Source: Takakia lepidozioides
Lineage: Eukaryota; Plantae; Bryophyta
NCBI GenBank assembly: GCA_030704615.1
Contig: CM060733.1
Span: 558,001 to 622,000 of the forward strand
Direction: 5' to 3'
Length of the DNA stretch: 64,000 bases
A program made the translations under genes and the position numbers. The notes under the pieces were generated by a model. It saw only the letters and a list, made by a program, of their open reading frames with translations. It was not told the DNA's origin and ran no database searches. Within the stretch, counting starts at the first letter, position 1. The number at the start of each line of letters is the position of its first letter. This document shows, piece after piece, positions 11,522-24,610 of the stretch.

Positions 11522-14500
11522 ATGGAAGCAGACTTGGAAGTAAGAGTACTGCTCATTGATGGAGATGAAACAAAAAACAGGGTGGGGTCTGTTTTCATTA
11601 CCCCCGGTAGCACCTACAAGTCTGTTCAGGATGAAATACAACAGGATGAACTTGTATCATGTAGATTTGTTTTCCTTACCTTGGGGGGGAGTGTCCTTTC
11701 AGCCAAACAAGAGGAGAGGATGGCTCTGAAAGGGGACACTGTCCACATCAAATATCAGAATGATAGTGATGGTTATCAAGGTCAGAAAAGACTTTTATCA
11801 TCAAGTGGTTCCATAGTCTTGAGCCCACACATGGATGGAGATGCGCTTCAGCCATTGGCAAAGAGAATGTGGGAGGATCCTTCTGCTGAGGTGGAGTTTC
11901 TTCCTTGTGATGATAGCATGAGCGAAGACATACATGAAGAAGAGGGGTTGGTACAAAACTCGGATAGGCTGAAAAGCAAGTTGGCCAAAGATGCAGATGT
12001 TGAGAAGTGACAAAATGAGATTAGAGGCGTTCGAAGGAAATTGAGGGCACAAGGTCGTTTTGATGATGTTGAGCTCATAACAAAGGATGTGGAAGGAAAT
12101 GTGTTGCTCTGGTGTGATATTGTATGTCAAGAGGTTTATGCCCGAACAAGAAAGAGCAAACCTTATGAGGTATGTCAGAATTATCTCAGGTCTCATGTGA
12201 AGTCTGATGGGCACCAAATGGCGTACCAAAGGCGCTATGGGAAGGGGAAGGATGATCCTATTGTGAGGCCTCCAAATGAACAAGAAGTCTTGGCTACCAA
12301 CAAAGAAAGAGTCAAAGAGGTCATGGATGAGGTTGATAGCTGCGTGGACAATCCAGGTTCAGCTTTTGAGATTGTGGAGGCAACAATTGGGGATTACTCA
12401 AAATTGGGGTCTATGCGATTAAAGTGCATGACTGATTCAAAGTGGATAGTCATGTTCCCTAAGACATGTTCTCTTATGTCTTCATTGACAGAGCATGTCA
12501 AAGGAAAAGCTCATTTGGATGCGGGGACATGCAAGCTGAAAGATGTTCATGTAGATCTGAAAAAGCGAGCTGGGAGGCCTCCAAAGCCTTCTATTGCCCA
12601 TGATAGAAAGCAAAGGGATCTAAGTTCCTTTTTGATCAGCCAACCTGTCATCAGATTTTCAGATTGTATCACTCCAGCCATTGCAACAAACATTCCATTC
12701 TCGTCTACTATGGAGAAGGGTGATGTTTCAACACATGACTTGCCACCGGACATCAACATTGAAGATGCATCCCCCATTTGACAACCACAAGAAGGGTCCC
12801 AACGCAACAAAAAGAAGTTGATGCTATGTTGGGGCCTATGGGATGAATGGTGGGAGTACAATCGTGACAAGGTCAATTTCAAACCATTTCTTGAAGACAC
12901 CAAGAGAGGAAACAATTGGTATGCCGAACCTCTAACCAATGCAACCATCATTCTTAACCATCGCTCGCATGTGATTGCTGGTACATTCCGACATAAGGAC
13001 TGTTTGAGAATATCACTGGATGGAGAACCTTTTCCAAAGTGATCAAGGACAAGAAAGAGTTGAGAGACTTGAGGTTGAAGTTGTGGGAAACAAGAATGAG
13101 AGTAGCGAGTCTTTCTGTGCGTTGTAGGGGATTGAAGGATGCTGCTGCAGAGGCTATTGGAAGGGGAGATGTTCACAAATTCTGTCGGGACATTATGCAT
13201 GCGTATAGGTCGGGGAATTTTGAAGGGAGAAAGAGTTTATGGGATTTTCTTTGGACATTGGCAAGAACATGGGCAGATCTGGAAAATGGAAGAGGTATAG
13301 CGATAACACAAAGATTATGTTTGAAACTATTCAGCTTTGGGGTGATCCAAGATTGTCTCATTTTTTGGCAACCAATTTGGGTGGTCCCGCACTTGATACT
13401 ACAAAACAGTCCTTGAAGAAAGCAATGACATATAGGGTGGGTGAAAGGCCTGATGTGTTTCAATATGTTGCTGAAATATATCGACATGCAATGGAAAATA
13501 TGGCCCTTCCATTGGGAACTGTCCCTGTCATGATTGCTGAAGATGAGACCGTGGTGAAACGATTGGTTAGATGGGTTGCTAGGGATTATATTCTTTTGGG
13601 ATTTTGCGGGGTTGGAGAAAATCATGCTTGTGTGTCAGACTTTGTAGTTGAAATAGGAGAGATTGAAGGAGCCTTTGGCAAGATTGTAGATGCCTTCAAG
13701 GACAACACGATAGCTCATTATGCTAGAGTGTTGATAGCAAATCATTTGCATGTTAGTTTGTCTCGATTGGTTGTAGTTGTGCAACTTACATGCAATAGGT
13801 TTGATAGTGAATTCGTGAGGTGTCAATGGGAGAAAGTGAGGGTGTTGTGGAATAAACATGTGCGAGGGGTAGTTGGACCAATAATTGGTCATGCTTCAGA
13901 TGGTGATAGTCGAAGGACGAAGCTAATGTTGGAAGACTATGGCAAGGGGCTGGGGCTTCTTCATCCCTTGGGAAGGCTGGTTATTTTCAGCAAAGATGTT
14001 GGGGAATGGTGGAGATATCTATGGGCTACACGACCAAGACTTAATTTAAAAAGCAAGAAGTTGGTGAATCCATTAGACAACCCTTCACGACAACTAGTCT
14101 TGGGTGAGGAGCTTGCAACCTTGAACCATGTGCTTTTGGTTTATCAAACGTTTTCAAGTGATAAACATGGACTCCAAGAAGGTGATGTCAAGAGGGAAGA
14201 CCGGCAAAATTGGGGGGCAGCTCAACGCATAGCTTCTCGCAAAGTGCAAGCATGCTTGAAGGAGTTGTAATCAAGTCGTAACCATCGCAGGCAAGGGACT
14301 GAAATATATCTACATGTTGTTTCATGCTACATAGATATTTTTCTTTCTCCTCACCTATCTTTGGGTGGAAGGGTACGATCTGCAGCCAAAATATCGTTCT
14401 TTTTCATATTATGGAAGCTATGGATACATCATCATGCACTCTAACATCTGAAAGCTTACTTCATCAGCAGAGAGGCCTACTTGGACTTGCAAGTTTCATG

Positions 14501-14552
14501 TCATTATGTGGTTCTCCTCATCAAGCTCTTCAAAGATAAGTTCAGCCATTTG
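11522..14552 (+). pseudogene. P-element-superfamily-like DDE transposase, 5' part (stops and frameshifts)
   Basis: Joined ORFs show C2H2-like fingers (CDIVC..HVKSDGH; CMTD..HVKGKAH), LGGPALDT, VMIAEDETVV (D1, 13542), IGHASDGD (D2, 13899), HDQD...KKLVNPL and DRQNWGAAQRIAS. Their order matches P transposase motifs FDEM / SD.G / D..H..K..RN / KQKVKLATQLFS. Confidence 0.7.
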
Positions 14553-14971
14553 CAGCGTAGCTACGGGGTGAGCCCAGCCCCGTGAGCCTGGGAGCTGAGC
14601 TCACGTTGAAGCTGCAAAGCGTGAGCTGAGCTCACACTTCAGGGAAGCGTGAGCGGCACAAATCTGCTGGAGAAGCAGGTCCTATAGGCGAGGATTGCAG
14701 GAAGAGGGCCTATTACCGTGGACAAAACAAAGGGGGCCACCATGCACCGTGTCTGCAATGCCTGCACAAAAAGAGGAATATGAAAATATGGCAGATTTGA
14801 GCTCAGAATGATTGACACACTTTATTTGAATTCACAGATAGACGCTTACAATGAATGGCATGTGCATTTGCCCTGGTTCCATGAACGAAATGTATGTGTT
14901 TGTCATAAATGCAAAGTCTTCACACGGTAACCTGGAAACCAGCATGGGAAGCGGGCATGGCTCGTATGTGT

Positions 14972-16100
14972 TCAAAGAGAATTTGGCGGAGCCCCACGTG
15001 AGGTGTCCCGCTGCAGAAGGGTGATGACTTCTCCGTAGCCTAGTGTGGCTTGGTGAATGAATTGGTCTCTCTTACCGTCGCAACACATAATTACAAGATA
15101 TATGTAATATTGATGCTTGCAGAGGATCCACTTCCCTCTCATGCCGAGAGCGCCCTCACGCATCGTTACAAAATCCGGACAAGTGCATTTAGGGAAATTC
15201 CCCACGGTAACCTGATATTCTTGCCATGAAAAATTGAGCCAATAGACAGCACTGTGTAAATCCGTCCATACCCGGGGCAGGGACTTTCGGTGATACGAGT
15301 CACCCGAGCCTGCAAAATAGCCGATTCCATCTTGCATTTGTGATTTGCACCCGATTCGTCATCAGCCGATTAGCGCTGTTTCTCAGCCGAGGGCAAGAAA
15401 TATTCACGCACTTGCAATGCCCAACGCAAACCGACCTTCGAAATTTCAATCCAATGTCGTTGTGGATGTTCGATGTTTTTGTCATGCACCAAGGGTGTCC
15501 GTCATGTTTCTTGTCCATGCCTTGCAGAAGCCTAGCCAGTCCACTGGAAGACGTGGGAGGGTTGAGCTCAAACAAGATGTCCCCATCAAACTTTGTTGGC
15601 ACGTATTGAACCGCTGCACATGAAGGACTCCCAATCAACAAAACGCAACTCGCTCTTGCACCCAAGCACCCCTGCGAGGGCTTTCAATTTCGGAATGACA
15701 CTCGTTATCTCCTGCAATTCGTCATCATCCAAGATGGGAGTGTGCACTGGCGGAGGAATCTCAGAAACATCCTCCGAGGACGAGTCTGAAAGAGTCACGA
15801 ATGTAGGATGTGCTCACCTCTTGTTTCACATGAAACTGTGCCCTTCTGCTGCACGACTGATGCTGCAGTGCCAGGGGTAACTACTGATCCTGCTGATTGT
15901 CTTCTCTCTTTTCCAAGGACATAGGATGTGCCTGGAAGGACTCTCCACTTCCTTCCACACTCGCCAACCAATGGTTTCTCCAAGTGCCCAGAATCCAAAT
16001 TCCCATCCTCGTCATACACCTCTTTTTGAACAAGCAGATAACCCAATTCAGCGGGAACACTGTAACCAGCTCATCCTCATGAAACAACTGCAAACCCATT
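14972..16100 (-). pseudogene. Internally deleted MULE-type transposase remnant: GCM/WRKY-like N-terminal domain joined to a SWIM zinc finger
   Basis: GMDKKHDGHPWCMTKTSNIHNDIGLKFRRSVCVGHCKCVNISCP (15380-15520) and YQVTVGNFPKCTCPDF...WILCKHQYYI (CxC-x(n)-CxH SWIM). No DDE core lies between them. Confidence 0.65.
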
Positions 16101-16534
16101 GTCGTCTGTAGTGGTAGTCAGTGGAAGACTACCTGCATTGGAATGAAATCGAGCGAGTCTATCTTGCTCCCTCGACATGTTTTCCTCCACTGACCAAAAA
16201 TTGCGATTCACAACGGAATCCCCGAACTGATAGCCCGTAATTCTCGAAAGGGATCCACCACAAACAAACTGAGGTCAATAAGGTTAGCACTAACCCAAAG
16301 ACTGTGGGCGATGCCTGCAAATGATGTAGGAATGACATGCACCGAACTTCGCAGACAACCACACTGAGAGACACCAACCAAAAAACTGTTTAGGGTGACA
16401 AGAAGCCACAAGAAGCCGTGTTGTATTTGGATGAAAAACAAACCCTAAACATGACATGAAACCATCAATTATGGAAGACGACACAACAACCTAGAGAGCA
16501 GTAAACAGGAAGACCCCGAATGTAATGAGGTTGT

Positions 16535-17902
16535 GTTGTGCACCTTGTCATTGTTTTTTTCATTTGGAATCGGCCTCATAGGGTATCTCTTGAGCTTCAA
16601 TGCACACTTACCTGGCAGCTCTAGCAGTGTGTGTCAACGCACACTGTTTGAGCCCACCTTGTCATTCTTTTTTTCATTTGGAAATCGGTCTCATAGGGCA
16701 TCTCTTTGTTTACACTTACCTGGCAGCTCCAGCAGTGTGCGTCAACGCACACTATTTGAGCCCACCTTGTCATTGTTTTTTTTCATGTGAAAATCGGCCA
16801 CATAGGGCATCTCTTTGAGCTTCAATAAACACTTACATGGTAGCTCCAGCAGCGTGCGTCAATGCACACTGTTTGAGCCCACCATGTCATTATTTTTTAA
16901 TCTGAAAATCGGCCACATAAGCATCTCTTTGAGCTTCAATGCACACTTACGTGGCAGCTCAAATAGTGTGCGTCAACGCACACTGTTTGAGCCCAACTTG
17001 TCATTGTTTTTTCATGTGAAAATTGGTCACATATGGCATGTATTTGAGGTTCAATGCAGACTTACCTGGCAGCTCAAACAGTGTGCGTCAACGCACACTG
17101 TTCCAGCCCACCATGTCATTGTTTTTTTTTATATGAAAATCGGCCACATAGGGCATCTCTTTGAGCCTCAATACGCACTTACGGCAGCTCAAACAGTGTG
17201 CATCAACGCACACTGTTTGACCCCAACATGTCTTTATTTTTTTCATGTGAAAATCGGCCACATAGGGCATGTATTTGAGGTTCAATGCAGACTTACGTGG
17301 CAGCTCAAACAGTGTGCGTCAACGCACTCTAATGCAGGCATCATTTTTTTTTATTTTTTTTTTTTTTTTTTGAAAATCGGCCACATAGGGCATCTCAAGG
17401 CAGCTCCAGCAGTGTGCGTCAACGCACACTGTTTGAGCACACCATGTCATTTTTTTTTAATCTGAAAATCGGCCACATAAGGCATCTCTTTGAGCTTCAA
17501 TGCACACTTACGTGGCAGCTCAAATAGTGTGCGTCAACGCACACTGTTTGAGCCCAACTTGTCATTGTTTTTTTCATGTGAAAATTGGCCACATAGGGCA
17601 TGTATTTGAGGTTCAATGCAGACTTACCTGGCAGCTCAAACAGTGTGCGTCAACGCACACTGTTCCAGCCCACCATGTCATTGTTTTTTTTATATGAAAA
17701 TCGGCCACCTAGGGCATCTCTTTGAGCCTCAATACACACTTACGTGCAGCTCAAACAGTGTGCGTCAACGCACACTGTTTGACCCCAACATGTCTTTATT
17801 TTTTCATGTGAAAATCGGCCACATAGGGCATGTATTTGAGGTTCAATGCAGACTTACGTGGCAGCTCAAACAGTGTGCGTCAACGCACACTGTCTGCGGG
17901 CA

Positions 17903-17938
<36 letters not shown>

Positions 17939-19021
17939 TTTCGGCCACATAGGCATAAGCGCAGCTCCAGAAGTGTGCCGCACACACAGCATCAACCTGT
18001 TGAGTCACACCAACTCATTATTTTTTAATCTGAAAATCGGCCCCATAAGGCATCTCTTTGAGCTTCAATGCACACTTACGTGGCAGCTAAATAGTGTGTC
18101 GCAACGCACACTGTTTGAAGCCCAACTTGTCATTGTTTTTTTGAATGTGGAAATTGGCCATATGGCATGTATTTGAGGTTCAATGTAGACTTACCCTGCA
18201 GCTCAAACGTGTGCGTCACGAACACTGTCCAGGCCCACCATGTCATTGTTTTTTTTATATGAAAATCGGCCACATAGGGGCATCTCTTTGAGCCTCAATA
18301 CACACTTACGTGGCAGCTCAAACAGTGTGCGTCAACGCACACTGTTTGACCCAACATGTCTTTATTTTTTTCATGTGAAAATCGGCCACATAGGGCATGT
18401 ATTTGAGGTTCAATGCAGACTTACGTGGCAGCTCAAACAGTGTGCGTCAACGCACACTGTTGCAGGCATTTTTTTTTTTTTTTTTTTTTTTTTCGAAAAT
18501 CGGCCACATAGGGCATCTCAAGGCAGCTCCAGCAGTGTGCGTCAACGCACACTGTTTGAGCACACCATGTCATTATTTTTTTAATCTGAAAATCGGCCAC
18601 ATAAGGCATCTCTTTGAGCTTCAATGCACACTTACGTGGCAGCTCAAATAGTGTGCGTCAACGCACACTGTTTGAGCCCAACTTGTCATTGTTTTTTCAT
18701 GTGAAAATTGGCCACATAGGGCATGTATTTGAGGTTCAATGCAGACTTACCTGGCAGCTCAAACAGTGTGCGTCAACGCACACTGTTCCAGCCCACCATG
18801 TTGTTTTTTTTTATATGAAAATCGGCCACCTAGGGCATCTCTTTGAGCCTCAATACACACTTACGTGGCAGCTCAAACAGTGTGCGTCAACGCACACTGT
18901 TTGACCCCAACATGTCTTTATTTTTTCATGTGAAAATCGGCCACATAGGGCATGTATTTGAGGTTCAATGCAGACTTACGTGGCAGCTCAAACAGTGTGC
19001 GTCAACGCACACTGTTGCAAG

Positions 19022-19069
<48 letters not shown>

Positions 19070-19327
19070 CGAAAATCGGCCACATAGGGCATCTCAAGGC
19101 AGCTCCAGCAGTGTGCGTCAACGCACACTGTTTGAGCACACCATGTCATTATTTTTTAATCTGAAAATCGGCCACATAAGCATCTCTTTGAGCTTCAATG
19201 CACACTTACGTGGCAGCTCAAATAGTGTGCGTCAACGCACACTGTTTGAGCCCAAACTTGTCATTGTTTTTTCATGTGAAAATTGGCCACATAGGGCATG
19301 TATTTGAGGTTCAATTACTGGCACTTT

Positions 19328-19362
<35 letters not shown>

Positions 19363-20320
19363 CTCTTTGAGCTTTAATTGGCAACAGTGTGCGTCAACGC
19401 ACACTGTTTCCACCATGTCATTTTTTTAATGAAAATCGGCCACATAGGCATCTCTTTGAGCTTCAATGCACACTTACGTGGCAGCTCAAATAGTGTGCGT
19501 CAACGCACACTGTTTGAGCCCAACTTGTCATTGTTTTTTTCATGTGAAAATTGGCCACATAGGGCATGTATTTGAGGTTCAATGCAGACTTACCTGGCAG
19601 CTCAAATAGTGTGCGTCAACGCACACTGTTCCAGCCAACCATGTTTTTTTTTTTTTTTTTTTTTTTTTTTTGAAAATCGGCCACATAGGGCATCTCTTTG
19701 AGCTTAATGCACACTTACGTGGCAGCAGCAGTGTGCGTCAACGCACTGTTCGAGTCCACCATGTCATTATTTTTTTAATCTGAAAATCGGCCACATAAGG
19801 CATCTCTTTGAGCTTCAATGCACACTTACGTGGCAGCTCAAATAGTGTGCGTCAACGCACACTGTTTGAGCCCAACTTGTCATTGTTTTTTTCATGTGAA
19901 AACCACATAGGGCATGTATTTGAGGTTCAATGCAGACTTACCTGGCAGCTCAAATAGTGTGCGTCAACGCACACTGTTCCAGCCAACCATGTTTTTTTTT
20001 TTTTTTTTTTTTTTTTTGAAAATCGGCCACATCTCTTTGAGCTTCAATGCACACTTACGTGGCAGTTCCAGCAGTGTGCGTCAACGCACACTGTTCGAGT
20101 CACCATGTCATTTTTTTTTAATTTGAAAATCGGCCACATAAGGCATCTCTTTGAGCTTCAATGCACACTTACGTGGCAGCTCAAATAGTGTGCGTCAACG
20201 CACACTGTTTGAGCCCAACTTGTCATTGTTTTTTTCATGTGAAAATTGGCCACATAGGGCATGTTTGAGGTTCAATGCAGACTTACCTGGCAGCTCAAAT
20301 AGTGTGCGTCAACGCACACT

Positions 20321-20366
<46 letters not shown>

Positions 20367-21720
20367 AAAATCGGCCACATAGGGCATCTCTTTGAGTTTA
20401 ATGCACACTTACGTGGCAGCTCCAGCAGTGTGCGTCAACGCACACTGTTCGTGTCCACCATGTCATTTTTTTTAATCTGAAAATCGGCCACATATGGCAT
20501 CTCTTTGAGCTTCAATGCACACTTACGTGGCAGCTCAAACAGTGTGCGTCAACGCACAACAGCCCACCATGTCATTGTTTTTTTATTTGAAAAATCGGCC
20601 ACATAGGGCATCTCTTTGAGCGTCAATGCACACTTACCTGGCAGCTCAAATAGTGTGCGTCAACGCACACTGTTTGAGCCCAACTTGTCATTGTTTTTTT
20701 CATGTGAAAATTGGCCACATATGGCATGTATTTGAGGTTCAATGCAGACTTACCTGGCAGCTCAAATAGTGTGCGTCAACGCACACTGTTCCAGCCAACC
20801 ATGTTTTTTTTTTTTTTTTTTTAATTATTTATTATTTATTTAATAAATTAGCCACAGAGGGCATCTCTTTGAGCTTTAATGCACACTTACGTGGCAGCTC
20901 CACGCACACTGTTCGAGTCCACCATGTCATTATTTTTTCAATCTGAAAATCGGCTACATATGGCATCTCTTTGAGCGTCAATGCACACTTACGTGGCAGC
21001 TCAAATAGTGTGCGTCAACGCACATTGTTTGAGCCCAACTTGTCATTGTTTTTTCATGTGAAAATCGGCCACATAGGGCATGTATTTGAGGTTCAATCCA
21101 GACTTACCTGGCAGCTCAAACAGTGTGCGTCAACGCACAACAGCCCACCATGTCATTGTTTTTTTTATCTGAAAATCGGCCACATAGGGCATCTCTTTGA
21201 GCGTCAATGCACACTTACCTGGCAGCTGGCATTTTAGAATCGACCACAAAGGTCATCTCTGTCAGGTTCAATTCAGACTTACCTGGCAGCCCAAACGGTG
21301 TGCGTCAACGCACACGGTTTGAGCCCCCCTGATTTGCTTGTTTATGGATATGGAAATTGTGCACCTACGGCTAGTCTGGCAAGTTCATTCGACTCCAAAA
21401 TGGAAGCTCAAACAGTGTGCGCGGACGCACACTGTTTGAGCCCCCTTCACTGCCTTTTCTTTTATTTCAAATTGGTCACTTATGGCCACTATGCCATATT
21501 AAAATCACACCTTATTGCAAGCTCAAACAGTGTGCGGCAACGCACACTGTTTGAGCTTCCTTATGTGATTGATTTTGATGTGAAAATCGGTCTCCTGGGG
21601 CCACTTTGGCAGGTTGAATCCAATCTTTATTGGAAGCTCAAACAGTGTGCGGCAACGCACACTGTTTTGAGCCCCCTTCGTGCTTGTTTTTCTATGTGAA
21701 ATTGGGCCTAACAGGGCCAG
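16535..21720. repeat. Tandem array of ~115-bp units with a perfect internal palindrome and higher-order structure
   Basis: About 45 units of GAAAATCGGCCACATAGGGCAT...GCAGCTCAAACAGTGTGCGT-CA-ACGCACACTGTTTGAGC...poly-T. Five-unit blocks restart near 16901, 17461, 18029, 18585 and 19160. Confidence 0.97.
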
Positions 21721-22697
21721 TATGCATGCTCAAAACTCCCATAGTTGTCAAAACTCCCATGGTATTTGGGATTGCCCTCCTTCTGAGACCCCAGCTCAGG
21801 ATGTGTCTTTGAGGAGAGAGAATGAGCGTATAGCAGCCACCGCCGCAGCAGCCGACCTCGACATTCATGATAGAAATTTGAGGACTCTTGCAGAGGAGCC
21901 TCCCGCTCAGGATACCCCGGGTAGAGGTTGAAAGGCAAAGGGAAAAGATGTTGTTGGTGGTGTGGGGAAAGGAAGGGGTAGGGGGAAGGAGGAGGGCAGG
22001 CGGGCTATCACACCTATTTGGACTTCTTTCAAGTCCTCCTCGGTCTTACGTGCAACCTGTCTATGCGGAGGCACTCGCAACAAGCATGTCCATTCATGGC
22101 ACTCGCTGTCCGCCCATTGACGGCCGTGGTAGAAGACGTGGTGTTGGGGCCAGAATCTTTGTGGATGACATAGCACAGGAGGTCGAGAGTGATTCTGATG
22201 ACTGTGACACTTGATATGAAGTTTTCTTTTGGTTTTATCGGGGCCAAATTTGAAATGGATGGTTGTGTGTCCTTGTTGTCCTGTTTGCAATGTGTGCGTG
22301 GGATGCAACTTCATGGGAACAAACTATTATTGGAGATGGGGGTTGCATGGACTGCCCGGATTGTTCCTTCAATCTATTTAGAGTTTTGTGGACCTCACAG
22401 GCTTGAGTGCATTTCAAAAACAAACAATCGACTTTGGTTCGTGTACAGCATTCTCGCATCATTTGCTCGCTTGTCTCCAAACCATTCCTGCTAGAAGAAT
22501 GCTTGGTGAATCCATCGAGGGTGAAGTCCACGTGATCAAAGATCGTTCAGGCATTCTCAAATCTGGTGAGTATCCATGATGCTCCCGCACATACTTGGCA
22601 TGTTCACAAAGGTGGTGAGTAAGAAAAGATTTCGCAGGGATCCGCTTTAGATGATGTCAGTGTGCACCTCCTCACGACGTACCCACATTCCAATGCA

Positions 22698-22873
22698 GAG
22701 TTTGGCTTTCCGTCCTTAAGCTCCCGACAGTCTCGAGGCTGAGCCAAAAGCCCAGGCCCTCCTGAGGCCTAGTTTTTGGGCAAATTACACACAGCAGATT
22801 GATGCTTGTGTGAAGGGATTTCTAGAGGATATCTGGAAAACATGGATTAATTCTTTATATGAAGGAAAGTCTT
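22698..22873 (+). mobile_element. Internally deleted fragment of the LINE family found at 39162-44018, inside the MULE
   Basis: 22698-22728 matches 43171-43201 and 22729-22873 matches ~43761-43905 with only a few substitutions. Confidence 0.9.
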
Positions 22874-23094
22874 TGATAACGTCTAGATGGATGCAATGGA
22901 TACAAAGGATGGATACAATGGATGTAATACATCCAGTCTGCATTCCCGGGAAATGGCTGTTCAACCCGCGGTAATAGGTGACACCCGCGGAAATAGGCCC
23001 TGTATGCATGCTGACGTGGCGTGAGCCTGTGCTGGGCTCACGGTTTCCTGGGCTCACAGGCTCACGCCTCCGGGCTCACGGAATAGCACCCCCC

Positions 23095-24310
23095 AGCCAT
23101 TTGCAAGTTCTTTTGAGCATTGTCGAATCTGATGTTTGTGAGATTTTTTTCAGCAAAGTTGGAGGCATGTTGCGAAATGAGAGAACATATGATGACTGCA
23201 ATCTCATTGAAAGTATTGGTGCACTAATACGAATTTCGGAGTTTGAGGCAAAGCCAAAGGGGCCAAGGTTTGCGAGAGCACACAAGAAACAAGAGCATAT
23301 TTGGTTCACATTGGAGAAAGATAACTCCATCTCTCTTGCTGTCCTTGGTGATTTTCTTCTGTTCAGTCAGATTATTGCATTGTTGAGGCTTTGAAATCTG
23401 GTTTTCGTGAAGCCCGAGACCTATGTAGCAGCTTGGGAATGAAACCAAGTGATGTGACCAGATCTGAATGGTGGAATCAGCCATGGAATATCGAAAAGAA
23501 GATAGAGGTTCAGCTTTTCAAATGCATGCAGGAGGATGGTGACATTGTTCTTGATGGTCTTTGTTTGGAGTTGATGGAGAAAATCCATGCCGAACCTGAA
23601 ACTATGTAGGATCCTTCTCTAAGTGCAATGGAGGATATTTCGGACCCTTTGCAGGTGCATACAGAGGATATTATTGTTCAAAGCGAATTTCGGCATACCT
23701 TGGATGCCCTTATTGATGAGCAAGAAGGAGAAGAAGAAGATGAGAAATCACCTATCATTTCATTTGTCACAGTCGATGGATAGGCTATTTTCAAGAGTAC
23801 CTTGGTTAGCCAATTAAATGGCAACCCCACTCTTTCCAAAGACAGGTTAACACGAGTTCGAAGTGGAATTTCACTTTGCAAAAGAAAAATTCCAGCCACA
23901 TTAATCCACAAACAATGTTAGGATTAGGATCTGATTGTGTCATTTTTTTTTGTTGATACCGTCGCCAACCAAGCCCCGGCTGGAGAGGTAGACTAGCAAA
24001 AACCACTAGAGCATCAACAAAAGGTATTTGGTATTTGGATAGGGTTCAGAAAATGCGTCGAAAAGTCAATAATCGACAAATTGAGGATCCAATTGATTTG
24101 TTGAATCGGCCTTCCAATGTAGAAACAGGTTTAGCTTGGTACCAAAAAGTGAAAGGATCATTTTACTCCTATGATTTGACGGACAATATGATGGTGGATC
24201 TAGAGTCTATCATAGCATTAGCTTTTTTAAAGTATGATGCAGCCTCTAATAGGTATAAGCTCGATCCAAATGATAAAACAGTTTTTAACAATTTTATCAA
24301 TGGAAAATAA
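23095..24310 (+). pseudogene. P-element-like transposase, 3' part
   Basis: SDVCEIFFSKVGGMLRNER (catalytic E at 23140, cf. P transposase QD.VEHFF) continues through broken ORFs to ...VFNNFINGK* at 24310. Confidence 0.7.
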
Positions 24311-24610
24311 AATTGATACTAATTTTTATTTGTTATACAGGTTATTTTAAATATTTTTTAAATCTGATGTAAATTTTTTGTCACAATTTTGTATTAAAAA
24401 TTATACATAAATAAAGGGTTTATTATATTCTGAATCAACACATGAATACATACAACAGGGTGTTGTTATTCATTAATTTTTTTTAATATAAATACTTTAG
24501 GGGGTTTAATAGATTTTAAAATGTATGTATACATATGATAAATTCATGAAGTAACCTATATACAGGGGTATTTTTTATTGACTAATGCACGCACGTGATA
24601 TGGCCTTTTT

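Larger units (their letters stand above)
14553..23094 (-). mobile_element. MULE-like non-autonomous element (8.5 kb) inserted in the P-like transposase
   Basis: 9-bp TSD AGCCATTTG at 14544-14552 and 23095-23103. Imperfect TIRs are built of GTGAGCC/GGCTCAC motifs. Removing the element restores the frame LFKDKFSHL-QVLLSIVESDVCE. It contains a SWIM finger remnant. Confidence 0.85.

Noticed and set aside
16535-21720. CRISPR-like array
   Set aside because: Sequences between the palindromes are themselves repeated rather than unique spacers. There are no cas genes and the context is eukaryotic. The same applies to 6470-6940 and 62235-62735.
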